The notes: generated from the letters alone by a model not told the origin. DNA of 64,000 nt from Gammaproteobacteria bacterium (GCA_965238175.1 CBDEGZ010000003.1:2112001-2176000); one strand, 5' to 3'. Shown: positions 7,795 to 18,108, counted from the stretch's first letter. Program-made: numbers and translations.

Positions 7795-9422
7795 TAGACT
7801 ATTACTCCTCTATATACGATTGAAAATGAGAATAACCAGGCACTAATCATGATGAAATTTGATATCAACGCAGCTAAATTGCAGAAGAGTTCAAAACTGA
7901 CTGTGAACTGATTGCCTAGTACGGTGGTTGATAATGGTGCTGGACAGTTTCCAGCGGTATTCTGTTCGGCTATTTCCCCGAGACTAACGGTGGTTGAGTT
8001 GTTATCTAATTGGGTACTTAGGTCTTCAAACTCAGTTGGAACGTCATTACCGAATACACTTTGTACTTCTGCTGTGGTTGGTGCGTGGTTTGGTTTTTCT
8101 TCTACCTGGTTATTACAACGGGTTTCCCATTGTTGATATATTTGATGACAGGTCAATACATCGCCGGAACAGGTTGGAGCTGTGGTACATGAGGTGCCAC
8201 CACTGATGGTGCCCTGCTCTTCTTCTCCTTCTCCAATGGCTGCTACTACTTCGTCTAGTTTGCCTGACAATGTTCCTGTTTGTGAATCTATGGCCCCTAC
8301 TACGTTTGCTGAGTTGGTATTAATTTGGTCTGTTTGTGCATCTAAGGATGACTGAAGATCATTAAGCCTGTTTTTATTTCTTTGGCTTTCAAAGAAGGTG
8401 TCATAGGTAACATTTGTATTTTCAACTAGATTGTTCTCTATTGTTTGGTTGCCGGTTTCTACCGTAGCCTGCAGGGTATCTGTTTTGTTGTTTATTGTTT
8501 GGTTGCCGGTTTCTACTGTTGTTTGTAGTGTTGCTATGTTTTGGTCTACTGTGTCGACTGAGGTTTGAACGGAATCGATTTTTGTTGACGTAGTTTGGTT
8601 ACCATTTTCTATTGTTGTTTGTGCAGTATCGATTTTATTTGATAGTTCTTGGTTACCGGTTTCTACTGTATTAGCTAAATCATTTAATTCTTGTGAGACA
8701 ATACCGCCACTTGGTGGGTTTTCTGGGTCTATTTCTTGGTCTGGGTCAAGTGCTGGAAGTGGATCACCAATTGCTGTAACAAGTGGTAAGCCTGATGGAC
8801 AGTCATCTCCTGTGTAATAGCGGTTTGCCCAGAATAATTTAGGTTCGTTTGCTGACCAAAAATAGCTTCCGTGTGGTGATGCTTTACATGACAGTCCTTC
8901 TTCCGGTGCAACGCAAACTGATTCAGTTGATTCAAAACTAGTTGTAGCCCATTCATATTCATGGTCTGAGCAGTAGTCAGGAGTAATACATTGTCCTGTT
9001 TGATAGTTGATTGTTGAGCCTTCTGGACATGTATGGGTAAGTATTATTTGAGCGTATGTTCCCGAATCGCTATACGGTGGAATATTGTATATTCTGTCAT
9101 ATGAGCACGTTAGTGTATTGCCGGTGATACTTTGACCTGTTGAAGACCAGTAAAATCCATATACTGATTCATTGCTTGGGTCATAGTTATCGAAAACTGT
9201 TGTGTGATATGAACAGAATTGCGAAAGACCTGATGAGTCTAAATATACTGTTGCTGAACCATATGTGCCGTTGATTCTAGTCGTATGATATATAGAATAG
9301 TAATCCTCTGCATATGTGTATGTGCTGTTGATTACTAATATAGCGAATAGTATTTTTTTGAAAGTTTTCATGCCCATACTACCTCGCCATCTGGTAGTAA
9401 AAATCGTTTTTTTCTTGCCCAT
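7794..9422 (-). CDS. Adsorption protein pIII-like (TspB-like C-terminus)
   Basis: Signal peptide, Cys-rich N domain, ETGNQ repeats, C..PTCSGD..C, CPAP, C-terminal TM; true start probably the internal MKTFKK. Confidence 0.85.
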   Translation of the reverse strand: MGKKKTIFTTRWRGSMGMKTFKKILFAILVINSTYTYAEDYYSIYHTTRINGTYGSATVYLDSSGLSQFCSYHTTVFDNYDPSNESVYGFYWSSTGQSITGNTLTCSYDRIYNIPPYSDSGTYAQIILTHTCPEGSTINYQTGQCITPDYCSDHEYEWATTSFESTESVCVAPEEGLSCKASPHGSYFWSANEPKLFWANRYYTGDDCPSGLPLVTAIGDPLPALDPDQEIDPENPPSGGIVSQELNDLANTVETGNQELSNKIDTAQTTIENGNQTTSTKIDSVQTSVDTVDQNIATLQTTVETGNQTINNKTDTLQATVETGNQTIENNLVENTNVTYDTFFESQRNKNRLNDLQSSLDAQTDQINTNSANVVGAIDSQTGTLSGKLDEVVAAIGEGEEEQGTISGGTSCTTAPTCSGDVLTCHQIYQQWETRCNNQVEEKPNHAPTTAEVQSVFGNDVPTEFEDLSTQLDNNSTTVSLGEIAEQNTAGNCPAPLSTTVLGNQFTVSFELFCNLAALISNFIMISAWLFSFSIVYRGVIV

Positions 9423-10186
9423 GTTGATAGCCAGAAGAAGCCATCCCGGTATTCATAATTGTTATTAAATTCGACACCGAGTAATGATTCTATTGAACGC
9501 TGAGTGTAGAAATCGCTTAATGATATATGGACATATTTGACTAATTTATTGACATTGATATTGAGTGATGTTCGATATCTTCTTCTTGATATTTCTACAC
9601 AGTCCATTGCTTTGGTAACGTATTTTGCTAAGTAAGATGCTAGGTTAATTGGTGCCCAGAGCTTTTTATTTCTGGGTGTTGTGATATCAACATTTCCGCC
9701 GGTTTTACCGTCTTCCCTTCTTGTGATGTGGTACCACTCTTCTCGAACTATTTGAATCATGATGAAGCCTTTAAGTGCAATGTGTAGGTGATATCCACCG
9801 TGTTTATGTCGTTCTGGAACAGCTACGTAGTCAAACTTAATATTTCGTTTTTTTAGATTTCTGAGCAGTAGTTTGAAATCTCTCCATAGCTTGTTGAAAT
9901 CTGTCATGCAGCCGCGGTATGTGATGGTGAGCATTCGGTCTGCTTGGATGGTTGCTATTTTTTGTCTAACGACTTTTTTTGCTCTACACGATGCCGCTAT
10001 TTTGGAATTCTCTGACATTTCATCTTTGTTTTCGGCTTCACGTTGTTTGCCACCTTTGTTTCTACCGAACTCCATCGATGCCCAAGTTGTGGCCTCAGCG
10101 TTACCGTCAGGGTAAGTAACGCAAGTGATACCTTTGGTATTGGGCGACTGATGGTCATTTAATAAGTTCGCTGATGAAGAATCCAT
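9368..10186 (-). CDS. Rolling-circle replication initiator (HUH endonuclease)
   Basis: MLTITY (motif I), ERHKHGGYHLHIAL (HUH), YLAKYVTK (motif III). Confidence 0.9.
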   Translation of the reverse strand: MDSSSANLLNDHQSPNTKGITCVTYPDGNAEATTWASMEFGRNKGGKQREAENKDEMSENSKIAASCRAKKVVRQKIATIQADRMLTITYRGCMTDFNKLWRDFKLLLRNLKKRNIKFDYVAVPERHKHGGYHLHIALKGFIMIQIVREEWYHITRREDGKTGGNVDITTPRNKKLWAPINLASYLAKYVTKAMDCVEISRRRYRTSLNINVNKLVKYVHISLSDFYTQRSIESLLGVEFNNNYEYRDGFFWLSTWARKKRFLLPDGEVVWA

Positions 10187-10262
10187 AATAAAACCCGTTT
10201 CGTTACTTTAACTGATTGATTTTTAAGGGGAGGTTCAGATACGTTAGTGTTACAAGTCTAGT

Positions 10263-10283
10263 AAAAGCAGCTGCGCTGCTTTT
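10263..10283. other. Hairpin upstream of rep, candidate origin element
   Basis: AAAAGCAGC-TGC-GCTGCTTTT. Confidence 0.4.
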
Positions 10284-10297
10284 TCTTTAAACCTTCT

Positions 10298-10555
10298 CTA
10301 CCCTACCCTGCTATATTCGTAACTGTGTTGCTCTGTGGGCTGTGTATTGATGACCCACTTTGCTAATAATGTTTCTGCGATTACGATGCAGCTCTCGTAA
10401 TCTGAGGCGCATCCAGCTAGCCGCATTGTTGCTGTTTCATTGTCGTAATATCTTGTTGATATCACTTCATATCCGCAGTCAAATGGTTTGATGGTAAATT
10501 TGACTGCTGTCCCATCTGGTAATGCAATTGGGTGTGTGAAGAGTTCGTTATTCAT
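10298..10555 (-). CDS. Inovirus hypothetical protein
   Basis: 85 aa, ATGA-coupled in the phage operon. Confidence 0.7.
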   Translation of the reverse strand: MNNELFTHPIALPDGTAVKFTIKPFDCGYEVISTRYYDNETATMRLAGCASDYESCIVIAETLLAKWVINTQPTEQHSYEYSRVG

Positions 10556-10806
10556 GATTTAAGTCCTTCGTTAATTGGTGTGTGAAGTACTTCTTGTCTG
10601 AGTTCTTTTTTATGGTGATTAATTATTTGCTGTCTGATCGGTTGTGTCTGTGGTGCTGTGAAGAAGACTGATTTTGATATTTTGTTTTTTTGGTCTTGAT
10701 ACTCCAGATAGCAAACTGATTTAAAGGATAAAACAGTCTCCATGACCTTAAGGATGATTTGGCCATTGTGATATGGGATGTTGGAGACTGTTTTAAAAAG
10801 CGCCAT
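10552..10806 (-). CDS. Inovirus hypothetical protein
   Basis: 84 aa, tightly packed in the operon. Confidence 0.65.
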   Translation of the reverse strand: MALFKTVSNIPYHNGQIILKVMETVLSFKSVCYLEYQDQKNKISKSVFFTAPQTQPIRQQIINHHKKELRQEVLHTPINEGLKS

Positions 10807-10812
10807 GTCTTT

Positions 10813-11103
10813 TTAACTTAATGGCGCTGGTTCTTTAAATTGTGATTGTTCTGTCATTATCAGAGTTCTCGACGCCTCGAGTGAACCGTATGAGTTTACT
10901 CGTGGTTCGTATGACAATAGGTAGTAGCCCGGTTTTGGTACTTGTTGATTTTCTGGTATTGAGAATCGTGTTAGTTCAGTTCCCGTGTGTTGGTTGTCCT
11001 GGTTATATTTAAAACCCAGTGTGTTGATTTCTTTTACCGTGAATGTGTCGTTTATTTTTCGTGGTGCGACGGTGGTTTTGTCTGAGATTTTGACTATTAG
11101 CAT
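10813..11103 (-). CDS. ssDNA-binding protein (pV-like)
   Basis: 96 aa from MLIVKIS; PKPGYYLL..RVNSYGSLE motif. Confidence 0.75.
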   Translation of the reverse strand: MLIVKISDKTTVAPRKINDTFTVKEINTLGFKYNQDNQHTGTELTRFSIPENQQVPKPGYYLLSYEPRVNSYGSLEASRTLIMTEQSQFKEPAPLS

Positions 11104-11312
11104 TTGTTTGCCCTCGTTAGTTGTTTGGGTGGTCAGGCCAGGTTTCAGATAACGAAGGCGCTCTCTTTCTCCCTTTCTGACCATTGGTCGGCCCTTTTGG
11201 ATTTGGGGTCGATGTGGGAAGGATAGTCCCGAACATAGACTATGTCAACATTTAGGGACGTAGTAAATTGGGACGTTTAATAATAAAGTATTTAAAAAGA
11301 GGAATTATTGAT

Positions 11313-11711
11313 ATGGGTACGTTGGATATTGTTAGTAGAATTAAAAATAAAATAGGTAAAGATTCAGACTATGCTGTAGCTAAAGCTTTAGGTGTAAATA
11401 GACAAAACATATCTAATTACAGAATAAGAAATACAGTAATGTCGCCTGATGATGCTTTAAAAGCTGCTGAAATTTTAGAGGTTAATCCAGAAGATATTGC
11501 ACTTGAATTATTTGCAGAGAAATCTAAAAAAGAAGAAACAAAAGAATTTTGGAAAAAGCGTTTAAAGGAAGCTGCTATCCCTATGATTTTAATGGGATTT
11601 TTATCTTATCCTCCTTCAGTATCAGAAAATAAAAATTTAACCCATGTTATACATTATGCGAACATATTAATATTGAAAAGTAGAGAATTACTTAGGCTTG
11701 TGCTGACTTAA
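11313..11711 (+). CDS. Inovirus HTH repressor (RstR/DUF3693-like) spanning attR
   Basis: SDYAVAKALGVNRQNISNYR HTH; divergent from the lytic operon; att core encoded at IHYAN. Confidence 0.85.
   Translation: MGTLDIVSRIKNKIGKDSDYAVAKALGVNRQNISNYRIRNTVMSPDDALKAAEILEVNPEDIALELFAEKSKKEETKEFWKKRLKEAAIPMILMGFLSYPPSVSENKNLTHVIHYANILILKSRELLRLVLT
11635..11664 (-). other. attR: dif-like site with intact XerC arm and degenerate XerD arm
   Basis: ATTTAACCCATGT-TATACA-TTATGCGAACA. Confidence 0.85.
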
Positions 11712-12489
11712 ACAGATTGAAAAAGTTCGTCGTTGAAGCCTGTATCACATCTTCAACCGCAATTCCTCTGAGATTGGCCACAAATTCTGCGACATGTCTT
11801 ACATAAGCTGGTTGATTAGATTTTCCTCTATGTGGTGCCGGTGCTAGATAAGGAGAATCTGTTTCGACTAATAAACGATCTAAAGGGATTCGTTTAGCAA
11901 CATCTTGAACTTGTTGTGCATTTTTGAATGTCACAATACCTGAGAATGAAATATAGAAGTTTAGATCCAACGCTTTTTTTGCAATATCATAATCATCAAC
12001 AAAACAGTGCATTACACCTGTAGCTTTATCTGCTTTATGTTCTTTCATGATCGCGATGGTATCATTGCCAGCTTCTCTGGTGTGAATAACCAGTGGTTTA
12101 TCGACAATATTTGCGGCTTCTATGTGAGTGATAAAGCGGTTGTGTTGCCATGTAAGATCACCTTCGCTGCGAAAATAATCCAGCCCTGTTTCACCTATAG
12201 CCACCACATTTGGATCATTTTTAGATAAATCCACCAGTATTTCGACTGACGGTTCTGTTTTAACGTCGGTATTCGGGTGTACACCAACAGAAGCAAAAAT
12301 ATGTGCGTGTTCGGATGATATTTGTTTGATTTCTGGATATGAGTCAAGATCAACTGAAATACAAAGCATATGCCCTATTCCAGCTTCTTTTGCATTTGCC
12401 AATATTTGTTCAAGACCTCCATCGTATTTGATCAAGGGTAGATGACAGTGGGAATCGACGAGTTTTAACTCAGGTTGTATCTCAGGCAT
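11692..12489 (-). CDS. tatD: TatD family hydrolase (YcfH)
   Basis: DSHCH, VGVHP, IGETGLDY, HCF, ETDSPYLAP. Confidence 0.95.
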   Translation of the reverse strand: MPEIQPELKLVDSHCHLPLIKYDGGLEQILANAKEAGIGHMLCISVDLDSYPEIKQISSEHAHIFASVGVHPNTDVKTEPSVEILVDLSKNDPNVVAIGETGLDYFRSEGDLTWQHNRFITHIEAANIVDKPLVIHTREAGNDTIAIMKEHKADKATGVMHCFVDDYDIAKKALDLNFYISFSGIVTFKNAQQVQDVAKRIPLDRLLVETDSPYLAPAPHRGKSNQPAYVRHVAEFVANLRGIAVEDVIQASTTNFFNLFKSAQA

Positions 12490-12519
12490 TATAAGGAACC
12501 CCAGAGGTTCCTGTAGAAC

Positions 12520-12876
12520 CTACATTGTATGTGTTTGTCGCTCAGATCCTACCGCACCTGATAACTCTGTTTCAATTTTATTTTGCGTGGCACCTTTATC
12601 AAGATCACTAAAACGCACACCTATTCCTGGTACTTTAGTGCCTTGAGCGCCTTTTGGCGTTATCCAAACAACAGTTCCAGCAACGGGAAGTTTATCTTTG
12701 CTTTCCATTATAGTCAGAAGCATAAAAACTTCGTCACCTAATTTGTAGATTTTTGACGTAGGAATAAACAAGCCACCATTTTTAATATAAGGCATATAGG
12801 ATGCGTACAATGAGCTCTTATCACGTATTGAAAGTGATAGGATGCCTTGGCCTCCTGCATCTGGTAATTTTGTCAT
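12520..12876 (-). CDS. pilZ: Type IV pilus assembly protein PilZ
   Basis: LYASYMPYIKNGGLFIPT..THTM; holB-pilZ-tatD synteny. Confidence 0.95.
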   Translation of the reverse strand: MTKLPDAGGQGILSLSIRDKSSLYASYMPYIKNGGLFIPTSKIYKLGDEVFMLLTIMESKDKLPVAGTVVWITPKGAQGTKVPGIGVRFSDLDKGATQNKIETELSGAVGSERQTHTM

Positions 12877-12881
12877 TTAAT

Positions 12882-13895
12882 TTATCTCAATTTGTCCCAT
12901 TCTAGGGTAAGGCTTTCCATTATTGTTACATCTTTCAAACTTGAGTTGTTTGAAAGCAGCTTTTGGTATTCAAGTAATTTATCGTAAAACAAGAATATTC
13001 CTTGAATATCAATATTTTCAACCAACTTTATTATCCTCTGCAATATGTCTTTACTAATCAAATTCAACGACTTATTTTCACTACTATTTACATTATCATC
13101 TAATCTTATTTTGATCATATCCTGGCTGATTTTGATCAGCCAAAACAAAGTGTCTCCAGGCGTATATTTTGACCATTTTTCTGCTGCTTCAATAGGATCA
13201 AATTGACCGTTGGCGATATTTTCCAAATCTAAGAGTAAGCTTAATCTATCAATAACTACTGTTTCATCATGTTCGACTTCATCTAAAAATAGTGGTCCAC
13301 AGCCTGATACAAGGACGGTGTCAATCAAATTATCATCAACTTTACCAACCAACCACTCTTTCACATGCATAGATGATGCCGATATTTTGATTTTCTGACA
13401 TCGGCTTCTAATCGTTATCGGTAATGTTGAAGGTTGGTGACTTACTAACAGGATTAAAGTATCGCCAGGCGGTTCTTCTAATGTCTTTAACAGGCCATTC
13501 GCGGCGCTAGTATTCATCGCTTCTGCAGGGTGAACAATAATGATTTTTCGCTTGCCTGTATGACTCTGTAGTTGAGTGAATTTAACCAGATTACGGATTT
13601 GATCAATCTTGATTGCCTTTCCCTCTTCTTCAGGGCAAACAATCAATAAATCAGGATGAGTTTCTGCTTTGATAAGCATGCATCCCTTACATTCAGAACA
13701 ACTCTGGCCAGAGTTGTTAGGGTTTTCACATAAGACAGATGTTGCAAATGAAGTTGAGAATTTTATGAGTCCAGTGCCTTTCAAACCTGTGATCAATAAT
13801 GCATGTGGCAACCTGTCATTACAGAGCATTGTTTGGAGTTGTGTCCATTCAGTTTCTTGCCAAGGATAGACCCAAGGATGTACGGATAATGACAT
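12882..13895 (-). CDS. holB: DNA polymerase III delta-prime subunit
   Basis: YPWQ, HALL, CSECKGC, HPD, AANGLLKTLEEP, TIRSRC. Confidence 0.95.
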   Translation of the reverse strand: MSLSVHPWVYPWQETEWTQLQTMLCNDRLPHALLITGLKGTGLIKFSTSFATSVLCENPNNSGQSCSECKGCMLIKAETHPDLLIVCPEEEGKAIKIDQIRNLVKFTQLQSHTGKRKIIIVHPAEAMNTSAANGLLKTLEEPPGDTLILLVSHQPSTLPITIRSRCQKIKISASSMHVKEWLVGKVDDNLIDTVLVSGCGPLFLDEVEHDETVVIDRLSLLLDLENIANGQFDPIEAAEKWSKYTPGDTLFWLIKISQDMIKIRLDDNVNSSENKSLNLISKDILQRIIKLVENIDIQGIFLFYDKLLEYQKLLSNNSSLKDVTIMESLTLEWDKLR

Positions 13896-13907
13896 AGGTT
13901 TACTTTT

Positions 13908-14528
13908 TCAGCCAAGCTCTTGTTTCAAAATAGATAAGACCTGTTGTTTTACGACGTCTAGTGGTTGTGCTGCATCGATAACCTTAACTCTTTGCGGATC
14001 ATTTTTAGCGATCTGCAAATAACAACGTCTAACTGCGTTAAAAAACTCAATAGCTTCAGATTCAAACCGGTCTTTTTCACTTCGCTTAGCGGCACGCTCC
14101 AGACCCATTTCAACTGGCGCGTCGAGTAATAATGTAAGATCAGGTTTAAGAGACTGCTGTACCCAGTTTTTTAAGAATGTGATCCGTTCTTCCGATATAT
14201 TTCGTCCTAGTCCCTGGTAGGCATAACTTGCATCAGTAAACCGATCACAAAGCACGACTTTTCCGGAATCAAGAGCGGGTTGAATTACTTTATTTATATG
14301 TTCGGCTCTAGCCGCAAACATTAGTAGTAATTCAGTATCTGCAGCCATACCGATATGTTTGTTATCTAATACCAGCTCACGTATAGCTTCACCAATAGGG
14401 GTACCGCCAGGCTCACGCGTTATAACAAGTTCTCTGCCCTGGTTTCGCAGATATTCGGCAATAAACTCAAGCTGTGTTGTTTTACCAACGCCTTCGACAC
14501 CTTCTAATGTGACAAACAGGCCTGACAT
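13908..14528 (-). CDS. tmk: Thymidylate kinase
   Basis: LEGVEGVGKTT, TREPGGT, CDRF. Confidence 0.97.
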   Translation of the reverse strand: MSGLFVTLEGVEGVGKTTQLEFIAEYLRNQGRELVITREPGGTPIGEAIRELVLDNKHIGMAADTELLLMFAARAEHINKVIQPALDSGKVVLCDRFTDASYAYQGLGRNISEERITFLKNWVQQSLKPDLTLLLDAPVEMGLERAAKRSEKDRFESEAIEFFNAVRRCYLQIAKNDPQRVKVIDAAQPLDVVKQQVLSILKQELG

Positions 14529-15541
14529 TATCGTTTTAATTGGTATTTTTTGACCGCAGCATCATGTTCCTTAAACGTCACTGAGAAATAATGACTACCA
14601 GTCCCATCTCCTTTTGCAACAAAAAATAAGGTATCTCCTTTTTCTGGATGCAAAGCTGCCTCTAGTGAAGCTGCACCAAACATAGCAATTGGCGTTGGCG
14701 GCAAACCTTTACGAGTATAGGTATTATAAGGCGTGTCAGTTGTGAGGTGTTTACGTGTAATATTACCGTCATATGTTGATCCAATACCGTAGATAACGGT
14801 TGGATCTGTTTGTAATTTAATATTTTTTTGTAATCGTCTGACAAATACTCCAGCAATAGTGGGTCGCTCATCTGCCCTCCCTGTTTCTTTCTCGATAATG
14901 GAAGCCATGATCATAGCTTCGTAAAGTGATTTGTAAGGTAGATCTTTTTCGCGTGCAGCCCATAACTTCTGTGAGTTTGTTTCCATTGCTTCATAAGCTC
15001 GTTTTAGAATATCAAAATCACTGGATCCAACTGTATAAAAGTAACTGTCTGGAAAAAAACGTCCTTCAGGGTGCTCTTCAGGCCTATTCAATTTGAACAT
15101 GATCTGATCTTGCGTCAACCCGGACAACTCTTTTTTCAAATCATCTTTAGCCGCTAAAGCATTAAGAACCTGATCAAATGTCCAACCTTCAACGAGAGTT
15201 ATGCTATGTTGAACAACACGACCTTCTGTCACCATCGTAAGAAAGTCATTAGGGGTCATACCTTGAGTAATCTCATATTCACCCGCTTGAATACGGTTAT
15301 CCAACTCACGGAGTCTGGTAGATAACCTAAGGAACTCCGGATGATCATAAACTTTTATTTGACTGAGTTTATGAGAAATTATCTTCATATTATCACCAGC
15401 ATTTACTACGAAGGTGGTTGGATTCTCTTGAAGTGTCACTGGAGAATCTAACGACTTTTGCATATCAGTATATAGCCAGGCAATAAAGAGAATGCCTGCA
15501 AACACAACGCTAAATAAAGTGGAGACTAAAAATTTGATCAT
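14528..15541 (-). CDS. mltG: Endolytic transglycosylase MltG
   Basis: ASIIEKET, LQTDPTVIYG, YNTY..GLPPTPI. Confidence 0.95.
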   Translation of the reverse strand: MIKFLVSTLFSVVFAGILFIAWLYTDMQKSLDSPVTLQENPTTFVVNAGDNMKIISHKLSQIKVYDHPEFLRLSTRLRELDNRIQAGEYEITQGMTPNDFLTMVTEGRVVQHSITLVEGWTFDQVLNALAAKDDLKKELSGLTQDQIMFKLNRPEEHPEGRFFPDSYFYTVGSSDFDILKRAYEAMETNSQKLWAAREKDLPYKSLYEAMIMASIIEKETGRADERPTIAGVFVRRLQKNIKLQTDPTVIYGIGSTYDGNITRKHLTTDTPYNTYTRKGLPPTPIAMFGAASLEAALHPEKGDTLFFVAKGDGTGSHYFSVTFKEHDAAVKKYQLKR

Positions 15542-15567
15542 GATCTATTCAAACACCCTTCCATCAT

Positions 15568-16416
15568 TTAGCTTGTTAACTGGAGCATTAATTTTTCAGT
15601 TATATTCCCTGGATCATTATAAGTAGTCGTCTCATCCGTAATAAGATTTTTTACCGGCCAAATTTTGATCAAACTATTACATAAAAATAATTCATCTGCA
15701 TACTTGATATCCGTAAGCGTAAAATCATCTATAGAAGTTTTAATATTTAGTTTCGAAGCCAACTCTAGAATAACTTCTCGCATTATTCCTTGTATGCCTG
15801 ATTGGGTGATCTGTGGCGTACACAAACTATTATTTTTGACAAAAAACAGATTACTCATTGTCCCTTCTATAACGTGATCAGCATCATTTAGCATAATGCC
15901 TTCCGCAATATTTGTACCGAGCCATTCAGATCGCGCCATCACTTGTTCAAGGCGGTTCAGATGCTTAATTCCTGCCAGCCTACAATTTAAACTTAAACGC
16001 GTTTCACAAAGGCGAATAACCACTGGATCTATATTTTCATCAAGATATGGCCAATCGGAAATACTCAATATTCTTGTTGAGTTTTGTGACGCAGGTGTTC
16101 TATAACCTCGCCCACCTTTACCGCAAGTAATAGTGATTTTCAGGACAGCCTTACCCTGCTTATCTAACGAGAATTGATCCGCGAGTTGTAATGCCTCTTT
16201 TTTAAGCAATATAAGATCCGGGGGGTCGATCAGTAGTTGCTGACATCCTCTGATCAAGCGAGCAGTATGTCTATCCCAATACTCCAGCTGCCTATTTGTT
16301 ATTGCGATAGTTTCAAATAAACCATGTCCATATTGCAAGCCGCGATCTTTAGCTGAAATGTTTGTCGAATACTTACCATTAACAAGGATAGTTTTATTTT
16401 TTTCAACAGTTTGCAT
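15568..16416 (-). CDS. pabC: Aminodeoxychorismate lyase
   Basis: DRGLQYGHGLFET, GIKHLNRLEQV, EGTMSNLF. Confidence 0.95.
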   Translation of the reverse strand: MQTVEKNKTILVNGKYSTNISAKDRGLQYGHGLFETIAITNRQLEYWDRHTARLIRGCQQLLIDPPDLILLKKEALQLADQFSLDKQGKAVLKITITCGKGGRGYRTPASQNSTRILSISDWPYLDENIDPVVIRLCETRLSLNCRLAGIKHLNRLEQVMARSEWLGTNIAEGIMLNDADHVIEGTMSNLFFVKNNSLCTPQITQSGIQGIMREVILELASKLNIKTSIDDFTLTDIKYADELFLCNSLIKIWPVKNLITDETTTYNDPGNITEKLMLQLTS

Positions 16417-16451
16417 AGTAAAGTTGAATCTAATTCTATTATTGGTTCTAG

Positions 16452-17690
16452 TTATATTTTGCGGAAAACCAAGCTGCCATTAGTACCACCAAAACCAAAA
16501 GAATTCGAAAGTGCGATATCGATTTTCATGTCTCTGGTAATATTCGGAACATAGTCAAGATCACAGTCAGGATCAGGCGTTGTATAGTTGATCGTTTGTG
16601 GGGCAACTTGTTCGTGTAATGCCAGTGCGACGAATACCGCTTCCATTCCACCCGCAGCCCCTAGTGCATGACCTATCATTGATTTAGTTGAGCTCATCGC
16701 AAGCTTATAGGCATGATCGCGACAAACAGACTTAACCGCCTGTGTTTCTGCAACATCACCTGCGGGTGTAGAGGTTCCATGGGCATTAATGTAATCAATT
16801 TGATCGGGGTTCACACCAGCATTTTTCAATGCCGTCACCATGCAGCGGGCTGCGCCTTCGCCACCTTCTGAAGGGGCTGTCATGTGATAAGCATCACCAC
16901 TCATACCCGAGCCGAGCAGTTCAGCATATATTTTTGCACCTCGTGCCTTCGCATGTTCATACTCTTCAAGCACCATTACTCCAGCGCCATCACCTAATAC
17001 GAAACCATCACGATCTTTATCCCAGGGCCGACTCGCGGCCTCAGGATCGTCATTGCGAGACGATAAAGCTCTCGCTGCCGCAAATCCGCCTAAACCTGTG
17101 GATGTTGTGGCCATCTCAGCACCACCAGCAACCATTACATCTGCATCACCGTATTCGATCATTCGAGCAGCATCACCAATACTGTGTGTGCCTGATGCGC
17201 AAGCTGTGACGATTGCATAGTTAGGCCCCTTAAGACCAAAATGTACTGAGAGATTGCCCGAGGTCATATTGATAATGCTACTTGGTATGTAGAAGGGGGA
17301 GATTCTCTTCGGACCGCGGTTCTGCACTGTATCACGTGCTTTTTCTATTCCATCTAAACCACCAATACCTGAACCAATGACAACCCCGATCCGGGTTGCA
17401 TTTTCTTCAGTGACTTCCAGGCCAGAATCTTGAAAAGCCTGTATGCCAGCAGCCATACCATAATGAATGAAAACATCCATTTTTCGGGCTTCTTTAGCAG
17501 AAATATATTCCGTTATATCGAAATCTTTTATTGATCCACTAAAGCGAGTTGCATATTCAGAAACATCGAGAGATGTTATTGGGCCAATCCCACTTTTACC
17601 TGCTTTAATGGCTTCCCAGGAGGATTCAACAGTATTACCAACCGGAGTGATTAAGCCTAATCCAGTAATGACGACACGTTTTTTACTCAT
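16452..17690 (-). CDS. fabF: Beta-ketoacyl-ACP synthase II
   Basis: [32 protein letters not shown]. Confidence 0.97.
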   Translation of the reverse strand: MSKKRVVITGLGLITPVGNTVESSWEAIKAGKSGIGPITSLDVSEYATRFSGSIKDFDITEYISAKEARKMDVFIHYGMAAGIQAFQDSGLEVTEENATRIGVVIGSGIGGLDGIEKARDTVQNRGPKRISPFYIPSSIINMTSGNLSVHFGLKGPNYAIVTACASGTHSIGDAARMIEYGDADVMVAGGAEMATTSTGLGGFAAARALSSRNDDPEAASRPWDKDRDGFVLGDGAGVMVLEEYEHAKARGAKIYAELLGSGMSGDAYHMTAPSEGGEGAARCMVTALKNAGVNPDQIDYINAHGTSTPAGDVAETQAVKSVCRDHAYKLAMSSTKSMIGHALGAAGGMEAVFVALALHEQVAPQTINYTTPDPDCDLDYVPNITRDMKIDIALSNSFGFGGTNGSLVFRKI

Positions 17691-17813
17691 GATATTTTTC
17701 TTTTGATCGGGTTTGTTTTAGTGATAGAACGCCTTCTCATATCACTTCAATTCCACAATAGATCGCCAATCCATGACGACAATTAATTATTTATTAAATC
17801 ATATCAGAAAACG

Positions 17814-17852
17814 AAAAAGGCCGTGCCATAATTTATATGACACGGCCTTTTT
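17814..17852 (-). terminator. Rho-independent terminator after acpP
   Basis: AAAAAGGCCGTG..CACGGCCTTTTT hairpin with U tract. Confidence 0.8.
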
Positions 17853-17871
17853 CTAGCTTGCTTTTGTCGAA

Positions 17872-18108
17872 TTAACTGGCGTTTGCGTTTACATAGTCAA
17901 TAGCCAATTGAACTGTCGTAATATTTTCAGCTTCTTCATCAGGAATTTCAGTTTTAAATTCTTCTTCTAGTGCCATGACTAACTCAACCGTATCGAGTGA
18001 ATCTGCACCTAGATCATCAACAAAGGAGGCTTCATTAGTGACCTCTTCTTCTTTTACGCCAAGTTGCTCAACGACTATTTTCTTGACCTTTTCTTCTATA
18101 CTACTCAT
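17872..18108 (-). CDS. acpP: Acyl carrier protein
   Basis: [20 protein letters not shown]. Confidence 0.98.
   Translation of the reverse strand: MSSIEEKVKKIVVEQLGVKEEEVTNEASFVDDLGADSLDTVELVMALEEEFKTEIPDEEAENITTVQLAIDYVNANAS

Larger units (their letters stand above)
4015..11663 (-). mobile_element. Filamentous prophage (inovirus) integrated at dif via Xer (IMEX), ~7.6 kb
   Basis: Zot/pI, pVI, pIII, pVIII, HUH Rep, SSB and repressor genes; 16-bp direct repeat TATACATTATGCGAAC at 4015-4030 and 11648-11663. Confidence 0.93.
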
